A DNA stretch of 56,724 bases, the filler included, from Fonticula-like sp. SCN 57-25 (Eukaryota), in the NCBI GenBank assembly GCA_001724245.1. It is 2 parts of 2 records of this genome, joined end to end, with 100 filler letters (N's around TTAATTAATTAA, not from the genome) between each part and the next. Parts side by side here need not be neighbours in the genome. Positions count along the whole stretch, not along the records: positions 1 to 29,792 come from MEDX01000066.1; positions 29,893 to 56,724 come from MEDX01000067.1. One strand, 5' to 3'. The first letter of the stretch is position 1, and each line of letters begins with the position of its first letter. The notes below the pieces were generated by a model, which was not told the origin of the DNA, did no database searches, and saw only the letters and a program-made list of their open reading frames with translations. Shown piece after piece: positions 24,286 to 34,904 of this stretch. The position numbers were made by a program, and so were the translations under genes.

Positions 24286-26003
24286 TTACCTAGAACATTC
24301 AGTTGATGATACACTGGTACCACTGGAAAATTGGTCGTTCGCTTGCGCAATGGGCAGTGCGTGTAGTGGCGTGCTCCCACTCCACCATTGCGTCCAACTG
24401 GCTGCTTGATCGTCGTCGATCTGCTGCTTGATGACATCCTTAACAGCATGCAAAAAATCATTCGACTGCTCTGCACTAATGCCATTGCCTGCTTGCATAA
24501 TCCGCTCGCGCGTTAAAGAAGCCAGGCACGCGCCTGTCCATGAGTTCTTCTTAGCTACCTCGGCGATGCTTGCAAACGCAGGTCCGAGACTGACCGCCCA
24601 CTCGAGGGTTTCTAGCGCGCTCCACGAGAGCAGACTGCCGGACGGCAATGCGGCGCATGGAAGCGGTCCAAGCTTGTAGTGCGCAATGTAGCAGTGCAGC
24701 AGCAGACGTGCAGCGTCCGGGAGCCCGATCCCTATGAGCTCGAGGTCGTCGACTGTGACTGTCATCAGCATCGCGCCCGTCACCGTGCTCAGCGGGTCGC
24801 AGATCGACGCGTCCAAGCCAAGATCATGCAGCCACATTAATAGGTCAGCGCTCGTGAGCATGTGCAGGCCGCTTTCTAAATGGTCGTCTAGGTAGGTGAT
24901 CATGCGCTCAAGCTTAAACTGCTCCTCTTCTATCTGGAAAATCTCTGCCCTTAGCTCGAGAACCTTGGCAAGTGCGTCGTTGCTACGAGTGCTGTCCAGT
25001 TTGGATTCTGACTCGCTATTCACTGTGCGCGTTGCCTCGGCTGCCCCCGCGCCCTTGGCGTACAGCAGCGACCTCCTCGCGTCGTCCTCGTACACGTGCA
25101 CATCGCCGTTCATTGGCGTTGGTGAAACGACGTGCTTGGCTGCACCGCCGCCGTTGGGAGCCGTCTTGTGAGATCCCTGCTCTCTGCTTGGTAGGGCTGG
25201 CACGGGCATGGACATGTGCTCCAGGGGGCTGCGCATTGATTGCTCGGCAAGCTGCCGCTCCAGCACCAGAGGAGTCATGAGCATCTGAGGTGTCTCCATC
25301 ACGCCTGCGCCTTCGAACCGAGCGCGCGGGGTCCAACTTCCGTCGCGTGCGTCAAATATAATAACGCAATCGTCCTCATCTGAGCCAAGCAAAAAGCGGC
25401 CATCGGAAGAAAACATGCACTGGCAAACGTTGGCGCGAAAACCGTCAAGGCGCTGCAAGAATGTGTACGATTCGCCGTTGTTCTTGAATATTAGAAGAGT
25501 GCCCCCGCCGCAGGCAACGGCCAACCATTGACTGTCATGACTAAACTGAGCACCAAACACCTGAAAATAAAATTAAAATGACGACTTCGTATTTCGACTA
25601 CCGTACGCAAAGACGGTGCTTGTGCAAAAGAACAGCGCTCCACTTGTCCTGTGATCCAGGCTGTCGTCGCGCCAGAATCACTGACCCGTCTGCTACAGCA
25701 AACACCGCACTGGAGGAAGTGGCGTTCCATGACGCAGAAAGTACCTAACGCCCAGTGACAGTGTAAGTGCAGCAAAGACCGACGACCACTCGCATACCCG
25801 AGCTGTTGAACTATGGTGCAGCAGCAGACGACCAGCATTGTCGACGCCTACGACTATGAACCCACCGACTGCGCACCCGGCAGCAAAATAGCGACCATCA
25901 GGAGAAACAGCGATGCCAAGAGGTCGCTGACAGAAATAGTGTTAGAATGTGGACGGAGCGCCACTGACGCAGCGCGAACCTGCAGGTCTTCTACGGACGC
26001 CAT
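24286..26003 (-). CDS. WD40-repeat + coiled-coil + tandem SAM-like domain protein (4 exons reconstructed)
   Basis: Phase-0 exons join as MASVEDLQ|RPLGIAVSPDGRYFAAGC...|VLSASWNATSS...DGSVIL...HKHRLC|VFGAQFSHDSQWLAVACGGG...FSSDGRFLLGSDEDDCVIIFD. C-terminal SAM-like segments 'LLMWLHDLGL....VTGAMLMTVTVDDLELIGI' and 'WSALETLEWAVSLG......WTGACLASLT'. Confidence 0.72.
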
Positions 26004-28275
26004 CCGCGATTCCGCGCAGTCACCGGCAGCGTTTGCTGTGTGATGATCGGCAAACTTCAGTGCAATGTCAATACACTGTGTGAATATAGGCTAATATGAT
26101 GGATCCTGCAATATTTGTACAATGCCGTACTCATATGGACGCGGCTGGCAAACTTGTCCAGTAACTGTGGACCTCCTGGTATGGCAATACCGTGCATGAT
26201 ACCGCCGTGCTTGGTGCGGCTGTTGTGTACTGGTCGGGCATTGGGAGAGTACTTACTTTAGTGAGCGTCCGACGAGTCAATCTTCCCGCCTGCTTGCTGC
26301 CTTGAGGTATGGATTTACTGTACAGCATGAATACGGCAAATGATGCATTGAATGAGAAGAGACAATACGTGCTATGCCAATACTCGTCACACCCGGTGTT
26401 ATTGCACTGTCTGATACATTTTTTTTTTCCGCGCACACGTCTCTAGTGTCGCGCTCGCTGGCTCCCTGGTAAATACACCGTAACAATATGCTTGCAGCTG
26501 CTCATTGCGCCCGCAACCGTGTCGTGACCGTGTAACTTAATTGCGTCAGTTGTCCATCGCACGATACGCTTTTGAAAACCGTCTAAAACACTCCGTACAA
26601 GATGTGTAGCCGACTCGGATCTCGATTGAATTGAACTATAAGGATTGTATGGTGCGGTATTCCGTACTGTATTTGTATGCATGAGGAGGCGGATAAAATG
26701 CACTCCTTTCTGTTGTGGAGGTGCAGTATAGAAGGAGCAGCTTGCTAATAAATGAACAGTCTCAACAGCCCCTGTATCTGATCGTTGATCTTCCGAGTGT
26801 CAAGTCGTGTCTTGGATACAGTGCACAACTGCATGCGGTACCATGCGAGAATTCCTGTCCGTTCTGCTGTTAGCGCGGAGGGGACGTGTAATAAGAAGTT
26901 TGTCGCTTATATTGCAGTGGTTTGGTACTTTATTCGTTCAAGAGAGGTAGGGAAGGACCGAAAGAAGAGCACACGGCCTGCACATGGGGAACACTGCTGT
27001 TGCGCTTTAACCCGAGGATATTTACTATACGGAAAGACCTGCAACAGTCTGGAATGACGTGGAAGATGAAGTGAATGTGATAGACCGTGAATACATTAAA
27101 AATGCCGAGCTACCTTTGGCGAAATTATGAATCCTGTGTGATTGCTGAAAATCACAGCTGATGCGACACTCTCACGACTGGATATATTTGATGCGCGTAT
27201 TGCTGCTCAGAAAAAAATCGTCATGCGCGTGACTTAATGAAGCTTCGCAGAGAGCTGATAAAGATTGGTCCTTGCTTGCTGACGATTCTTGGTCGTGATG
27301 TCGGGTTGCTGCTTGACGTTGTGTTGACCGTGTGTAGCGGCTGCTCGTATCTCCGCGAATACTTGGCGTAGAGCGATGGTTCAGGGGTCGTTCGAGAGCT
27401 CGTGACGAGACGAGTCGAATAATACCACTCAAGGGGAGATGCGGGTATTGCTAGAAAGCGCAGCAGGGGTAGGGGTGGTGGAGGTGGTTCCTGATAGTTG
27501 TGCGAGACGCTAATTACCAGGTTAGGGATGCCGACTGAACTGCAGGGTCTCTCGTGACACGGGCAGGCATTGAACCTAGGTGTCGCTCTGCCTTGTATTG
27601 TGGTGGCGGTGAGGACAAAGACGCAAGCCGAGCCATCTGTTCTGCTTCGCATAATCTCTCCAGAACTCTTGTGTGAACGTAGACCGTAGCTCCGTTAACC
27701 TCCGCCTGGAATTCAGTTAGCTTGTGCTTAGAAGAAAATAGATTGCCTCGTTGGTACAGTATACTGTTGCTTGGCGCGTCCCGGCTCTCGACCATTCTGC
27801 ATGATATTGGCCTGCCGTTCAAAGTTTAGTTTGCATCCCGGCGGGGGGGAGGGGGGGCGTTGTCCAGGGGCGCTTTCCACTCGAAGGAGACTGGCTGACT
27901 ACGTGACGGCGACGGCGTGTGTGAAGGGAGGAGATGGAGGTTAAGCGCTTAGTCGAGCTGGTGACGGACGCTAAAGGATAGACTGGGGTTAAGGGGGGGT
28001 GACCTCGGTATAATAGGTACCACGACTCATAAACAAACTTTTCAAAGGCAACAAAAGACGAGCGGTCCTTCCCACAGGGTGCTTCAGTTTTGACAAAGGG
28101 CCAAAAGTCAGGCAGGCTGGGTGAAGAAGACATGGAGTGTGTGCATTGAAAGATTACGCAGGAGCCCTGGGAAAGGGCCTGACGTCCGAATAAATGTCCT
28201 ACCGCCCCGCGTGCAATACTGCACAGAATGACTCTTTCTTGCACAGGCAGGCAGACACACACTGTGGCAGCTGAG

Positions 28276-28546
28276 TGTGACGACAGTACTTTATGATCTT
28301 CTATAGTTCACAACAAAGGTTCGCCACACTAGCTTCTAGGACTAACGCTGTGTCGTTTAGTATATCACCTATCACAGGATTTATGATCACGTCACTTACC
28401 ATCCTTTACTGTGACTGTTGTGACGATTGTACTTTGTGGTTTATGAGTTGTTACACAAAGGTGCGTCACATTAGCTCTGGGAACTAACGTTGTGTCGTCT
28501 CAGTGCTATAGCAATCACAGGATTTACGATCACGTCACTTACCATC
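28276..28546. repeat. Two diverged ~143-bp tandem repeat units; third partial copy at 29695-29792
   Basis: Shared blocks TGTGACGA..GTACTTT, ACAAAGGT.CG.CACA.TAGCT, ACTAACG.TGTGTCGT, ATCACAGGATTTA.GATCACGTCACTTACCATC. Confidence 0.85.
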
Positions 28547-28880
28547 ACACTGTCACCATTCCTGTCACCATTCCACATTCCTGTCAACATTCCTCTTCGT
28601 ATTACCTTTTGTAGCTCACGTGTCCTTTGTCTTCGTCTTTGCCCTCGTGTCTCTCTTTGAGCTCTACTCCCTGCAAGTCAATAAACCTCTACAACCTCAG
28701 CAAGGTGTATTACCTCCTCCCTCATCACACTGTCATCATTCCTTACATCAACAACATTCCACATTCCACATTCCATTCCTCCGTATTACCGTTTGTAGCT
28801 TTCGTGTTCTCAGTGTCTTTCTCTACTGCACCGGTAATAAACCTCTTTACCCAAGCAGCAGATCTCCTCCGCCATCACAT
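28543..28880. repeat. Two diverged ~150-180-bp repeat units with CATTCCA-type microsatellite
   Basis: CATCACACTGTCA.CATTCC at 28543 and 28723; shared CGTATTACC.TTTGTAGCT, AATAAACCTCT and CTCCTCC..CATCACA blocks. Confidence 0.75.
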
Positions 28881-29792
28881 GAGGATGAGTGATTCAATCC
28901 AATAGGCATAATCCACTCGATTTTCATCATTTCCATCCATGGTTTCGTTGGGTTTCATCCAATCAGAAAGCGAGCACGTAACAGATCCAAGGGTATTCGC
29001 TAGTGGCGGACGAAACCAATGATGTTGGCAAAACACCACCTCGTCCTCTTCCGTCCTTTTATCGAGGAGAGTAGGTAGGGGTCACCGTTCGAGTTGTTGG
29101 TAGACCAGACCATGAGTGCCGAAAAGAGACAGCGATGTTCTCCCGCAGGAGCGCCTTTGAATGGGTATCGTACGTACTTTACTTTCCCCCGGTGTCCAGG
29201 AGTGTGTGGAGGATCATCTACCATTTACAGTCGGGTTTGGCATTCATTTTAGACTAGTTGGTTGGAAGTACAACACTACGGTAACGCCAATGTTCCATTC
29301 TTTGACCACCGCTCGCATCACTTGTGGACGTTTCTGAACTTGCAGGCGATCATTGTCATCGCCCCAGAATCGAGTATGCGCCGCGGTGCGGCAAATAACA
29401 CCATAGTACAGGGCTTCAAAGCGTCCTTTTCAGCTATGGCTGGGTGTGGAGCAAATGTGCATGCGCGCGGAAACGATCTAGAGAGGAGATGTTTGATGCG
29501 AGAACACGAGGCTTACACACTAAGGAGAGAAATGCATGGCCACACCGTGCCAGGAGAGCAGTGCGCGGTAGCCAAAAAGACGGCGTCCCGAAAAACGACA
29601 ATTCGTTGCTTATTATCTTATCTACATTGCATCCGACTCCAGAAAACGCCCTGTTTGAGGCTCCTAGCCATTTTTGCTGAAGGTCATTTGCGGCTGTGAC
29701 GATTGTACTTTGTGTATTGCTTTAGGTACGTCACATAGTCTTTGTGAACTCACATCGTGTGGCATCAGATGTGCAACGCATCACAACCACCA

Positions 29793-29892
29793 NNNNNNNN
29801 NNNNNNNNNNNNNNNNNNNNNNNNNNNNNNNNNNNNTTAATTAATTAANNNNNNNNNNNNNNNNNNNNNNNNNNNNNNNNNNNNNNNNNNNN
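29793..29892. other. Artificial gap/linker N44-TTAATTAATTAA-N44 (probable contig concatenation)
   Basis: Exactly 100 nt with a central six-frame-stop palindrome. It truncates the SDR gene. Confidence 0.9.
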
Positions 29893-30741
29893 TCCACCAT
29901 AATATCATCTGTGATGGCCGTTGCAATGTCCTCGGGCGAGAAGAGCGACTCGGCAGCAAAAATGATATCGGCATCGCGCTTCCCTTCCATTTCGTTCAAC
30001 ATCGGCGTGGTCACAGGAGCAGGGCACAAAACAGTTGCATGCACCCCAGTGCCCTTCAGCTCGACGGCCAAAGCGCGGGTATACGATCGAACAGCGTGCT
30101 TGCTTGACGAGTAGAGTGCAATCCCGGGTACGCTTAGAAGCCCAGCGACAGAGGAAATGTTGATAACGTGGCAGCCCCGTGCTTTGGTGAGCGCGTCGCT
30201 GGCAGTTTGCCGGAGCATATGCTCACATGCTGCCATGGATCCAAAGATGACGCCTTTGACATTGATGTCAAAATGCCTGTCAACCTAATATATTTTAGTA
30301 CACCCGAAGGCAACAGGTAGAGCGTACCAACGAAGGAGTAAACTCATACGCTTTGGAGGCTGCCAGGACGCCAGCAATGTTGAGGTGTGCGTGCACGGCT
30401 ACTCCGGCATCGGCAAGTGACTTGTAAAATTCGCGCCATTGGTTCGCGTCGGTCACGTCCAGGCGACGAACTGACAGCCGCCCCGTAGACACCGCGGTGG
30501 CTTCCTCAGCGGCAAGCGCTGCAAGAGCTGCATCATTCACGTCAAGGCCAATCACAGAGTGTCCCAAACCAAGCAGTCGCTTCGTTGTTGCGCGCCCGAT
30601 CCCGCTTCCAGCACCAGTTACAACGCACTGACGCGGTATCGAGTGAAATGAAACTCGAGCTGATTTGCGCGCCCGCACACGAAGATAGCGCAGCAGACAG
30701 AAAAGCGCAAGTGCGCCAAACACAGTCGTCCGAGACACCAT
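29893..30741 (-). CDS. Classical short-chain dehydrogenase/reductase with N-terminal membrane anchor (3' end lost in gap)
   Basis: 'VVTGAGSGIG', 'LDVTD', 'NIAGV', 'INISSVAG', catalytic 'YSSSKHAV', 'LCPAPV.TPM'. Confidence 0.9.
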
Positions 30742-30953
30742 GGGTTCGCACACGGATTGAGACTCGAAGATGGGTTGGGTCGGTGGTCTGGTGCACTGGT
30801 GCCTGCGTTCCTGCGTTCCTGCGGGGTACAAGATCTGATCGTGTTCTAAAACAACGCAAACTGCAAACTGCATTCCGAGTCATGTGGCTTCCGGCCCAGT
30901 AGGCCAATCAGCGTCCGAGTTTCTTGACATCATTCATCCGAGCAGCCGCGACC

Positions 30954-31802
30954 ATGCCGAACCTTGCCAACCTGCTCCGCGAGGGCACGAAGGACGTCCA
31001 CCGCGATGCCGAGAACACGCCGTTCATTCGGTTCGCCTCTTTCCTTTGTGTTTGTTTCATTGTGTGCTAATGTTTTTTTTTTAGCAAGTTCATGCGCAGC
31101 GAGGTCAGCCAGGAGGACTACCTGCGCCTGATCACGTCGCTTTACTATGTGTATTCGGCGATGGAGGAGGAGCTTGATCGCCATGCGGAGCATCCGGCTC
31201 TCGCTGCTCTGTACTTCCCCAAGCAGCTTGCGCGCGCCGCGGCTGCTCTTGAGGATGTCCAGTTCTTCTCTGGTGGTGCTGCTCCGCAGGCCCCGTCGCC
31301 CAACACGGTCGCCTACGTGGCTCGCCTTCGCGAGTTGTCTGCCACCGATCCCGCGCTCCTCATCGCGCACGCGTACACGCGCTACCTTGGTGACCTTTCG
31401 GGCGGTCAGATGCTCTCGAAGCGTCTGCAGAACGCGTGCAAGCTGAGCGGCAAGGACGGCGTCCACTTTTACGACTTCCCCGAGATCGGCAACATTGTGA
31501 TGTTCAAGAACGAGTACCGCGAGCTGCTTGATTCGGCCCCGGTTGACGATGCTACCGCGCAGCGGATTGTCGAGGAGGCAGTCCTTGCGTTCAAGCTCAA
31601 CGGCGGTCTCTTCATGGACGCCGCGCCCTGGACCGCCGAGTCTGGTTCTGCGGCCGGCGAGGAGGCCACCGAGTCGGCTGCCCATGCGCACGCCCACATG
31701 AGCGGACTTGCCAGCAAGCAGTCGAACAACTGGATTGCTGTTGCCGCTGTTGTGGCGGTCGCTGCGGTGGCTGTCTTTGCCATCGTGCGTGCTTCCAAGT
31801 AG
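30954..31802 (+). CDS. HMOX: Heme oxygenase with C-terminal membrane anchor
   Basis: 'LREGTKDVHRDAEN' (heme-ligand His), 'LYYVYSAMEEE', signature 'LLIAHAYTRYLGDLSGGQ', hydrophobic C-tail. One intron ~31031-31085. Confidence 0.95.
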
Positions 31803-32271
31803 GCGCTCATCCGTGGAATCGCAGCCCGCATTACTACAATGTACCAGGCGTCGATATATTTCCACACCGGTATTTCCTCACCTGAGGTTGTCGGTATTAT
31901 ATTTTATAATTCCATCGTTTTTGCGAAGCTTTGTTTGGCACAATATATATATATAGATGCTTGACGTCGGGCGTTTTTCAGTTACTCAAAAGCCATCTTT
32001 CTATATCATCACATGCTGCTTCACCGGCAACATAAAATGGCAGTATGGTGCAGGTAGGGTGTGGAGTTTTAAAGCAACTGTTCCTCAACGCCAGCTTTGC
32101 GCATTCTCACCGCAGAGTTCGCCTACCGCAAAGGAAATTTATTCTTGTTTTTCCACCCTTATTTTGGAATAAAACCACTAGTGCTTTGGACACTAGAAGA
32201 AAAAGAGCAGGGACGGAGCGTCGTTCCATTTACTTTTACATTTTACACAATTCATAGTCATCGATAAATCC

Positions 32272-32747
32272 TTACACGATCGTGGCGCGCGACATGAGCT
32301 CCTTAATCGTCGCGTCAGTCTCCTTGATGCTCTTCTCCAAATAGAGCACATTCTTTTCGAGAGCCTCTGTGTCGGCGTCGGTCTCATCAGCACGCTTTTG
32401 AAGTTCTCCGCGCAGGTCCTTCATCGGCTCCTGCAAAAAGCTACGTAAAGCGTTAATGTCGCCAGAAAGCAGCAGGGGCGCTGAATGTTCGTACATGCGA
32501 CCAATGGCCTTGTACGCTGTCGTGCCGTCCGGGATCTCGGCGAGCTGCGAGGTGGTGAGCTCGAGCCTCCTCTTTTCCTGCTGCTTCATCTGGAGCGTGG
32601 TCGATGCGACCGACAACTGACGGCGCTGGTCCATCAAACGCTGCTGCGCAGAAAGAAACTCCTAAACAGTGGGAGTCAGGAAAGAATGAAAAAAGAAAAA
32701 AGCCGCACATTCTTGCTTTCGGCGTCTTTGAACGAAATCTGCGACAT
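32272..32747 (-). CDS. PFDN1: Prefoldin subunit 1
   Basis: 'RRLELT..QL.EIP..T..YKAIGRM|FL', 'LEK...YLEKS.KE....IKEL'. Two introns. Confidence 0.88.
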
Positions 32748-32974
32748 TTTCCCTGTGGTGGACGATGCCGGCAGTTCAAAGAGCTGGGTGATGTACTGGT
32801 GGTTATATAAATCGTGACGTCACCCACACACATGTGACGTTTCTCGCCATTTGCACTTCCTGCCAATCGGTGATGTTCCGATTATTGCGAGCCAATCACG
32901 ATCGTTTCAATCTCATTGTCAAAGAAACAGGGTTGGCGGGAAGAGCGGGGGAGCTACCGTACGGGAGAGCCGCG

Positions 32975-34337
32975 ATGGAGTCCGCCCCGCCGAAGGCCGT
33001 GCCGCCTTCTTCGAAGAAGAAGGCGTCATTTGCCGCGCGTCTGTCACAAACACTGAACATTAATATGTTTCGAACCAAGAAGGATGCTCTGCCGCTGCCT
33101 GATCCGTCAGTCGAGTCGGGTTGTCAATCTCCGGCTTCTCGTTCATTCGCGGAGCATGGTTCTCTTTCAGTGCCACTGACTCCGTCGTCTATGACTTCGG
33201 TTACCTCCACTGCCTCAACCGCTTCATTGTCGTCTTCGTCGTCGACGTCCACATTTTCTTCTGTATTGTCAAGTCTATCCCCCGGACCTGGTTTGGCCGC
33301 AAGACAGGCAGACTATTACTTTTTCTGGGATGTTCCGACCGACGATCCTGTGCGTTGTTTTCGTTTTTCTCTCTCTATGCTAATAATGGTTGCCAGTCTT
33401 CGGTGAAAAGCCCTCGCCATCTAAAGGAGGCCGATGCGGCCCTGTCTGTCAACCCAGTGAGACGCGCACATGCGCTCCGAGGCCACTACAATTCCACCTT
33501 TTCTCTTTTTGTCGATTCGACCGCTGCTCAGCTCCAGCTGGTTCCTTTGCTAAAAAGGTGCGTGCGTTTTTGTTGATATTTCTTTCTGACTCTGGAGCAG
33601 CTTGGCGGGCTTGATATTGCTCGAGTACGAGCGCGACCGCTTTCGGACAGACGTTGTGTATCAGGAGCTCTTTGACGAGTCTTTGCATCCCGTTGTACTG
33701 GATCCTCGATTTGACGAGGATCCTACGCATGAGACGGTCTTTCAGTTCCTTAAAAGTATTTTTGAGATTCTTAGGGTACGCTTCTTGCGTCCTCGGTTTC
33801 GTCGTCTAACGAGTGCTGCAGTTGCCGGTCGAATGTGTCCTGATCGCGGGCGTCTATATGATTCGTATTCGTAGCAACCACTTTGTTGGCGATGTCGGCA
33901 TTACGAGTCGGTCGTGGCGCCGAATTACGCTTGCCTCAATGGTGCTTGCCACAAAACTCTGGGACGATCTGGTCGTGTGGAATAGCGACATTGGTGGGAT
34001 TCACCAGCTGCTTCCAAACCTTCTCCACCCCAAATTTGCCGCGACGCTCAACGAGCTAGAGTACACGGCGCTGGAGCACCTGCAGTTCAACGTCAACGTC
34101 AAGCGACGGGCGTTCATGGAAGCATACTTCAATCTCCGGGCATATGCAGTAAGCCGCAACATGGAGTTTATTCAGGTGGATTATTCAGAGGCAGCGGAGC
34201 ACTTTGCAAAGCACTCTTACAAGTATTCCCGACAAGCGCTTCGGAGTCACGGAGGATCAGCAAAGCAAGCTTCCAAAGCTGGAATAAAAAGAAGTCTCAG
34301 TGAGGCGGACGCAACGTGGTTGCGCGAAACTTGGTAG
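32975..34337 (+). CDS. Cyclin Y-like cyclin (multi-exon)
   Basis: 'LFDE.LHP', 'L.VECVLIA.VY..R', 'WRRI.LASMVLATKLWDDLVVWNSD', 'NELE...LE.LQFNVNV.....EAYF.LR'. Confidence 0.85.
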
Positions 34338-34904
34338 TGTAGTGGATATATTTTAGTAGTGGACATATTTTCGTGGCTAGCGTTCGAGCGCAGAGTTATA
34401 TTGTAGATATTGATATGGCGAATGCCTTTGAATGTACTATAATTCGAGAAATTCGTATTGCAAGGCCAAGGTTTTATGGCCATACAAAAGTAGTGTTCGT
34501 AGGATCAACAACACTGCTATCGGAGTGCTCGGAGTGGTGTTGCAAGCGAGAGCACGGAAATTTATCACAGCTTCGATTAGGGGGGTAATCGGACGCAGGG
34601 TTTTATTACTGTACCGATGCAATCGACCTCACAACAAACGATCAACAATGCTGTGACAGCGCTGTCGTGGTTTGGGGTGGCCACCCCGGACTTTTGGGAA
34701 TGTCTGGAATGTTTCGTTCTTGCCGCCAAGCTCGCAACAGGGTGGTGTTTACCGAAGGTCTGTCGGTTGCCAGGTCAGGGATATAGGTCTCGTGCTACCG
34801 TATCGCCTCGAAGCAAGGCTAGCAGAACAGCGAGCTCATAGCTCGGTATTTGATTGCTTTTGAGATACAGTAGTTGGTAAAGTAATCATCTGCCTCGAGC
34901 CGAC

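Noticed and set aside
29793-29892. Palindromic TTAATTAATTAA inside an N run as a biological element
   Set aside because: A symmetric 100-nt spacer with stops in all six frames is typical of an artificial contig linker. Linkage across it should not be trusted.
11207-31802. Heme/iron cluster (SLC25A38-like carrier, FetAB, heme oxygenase)
   Set aside because: The genes are interspersed with unrelated housekeeping genes, and heme oxygenase lies beyond the linker.
29893-31802. SDR as a biliverdin reductase partner of the divergent heme oxygenase
   Set aside because: It is a classical membrane-anchored SDR, unlike BVR-A or BVR-B, and head-to-head pairing of unrelated genes is the norm in this window.
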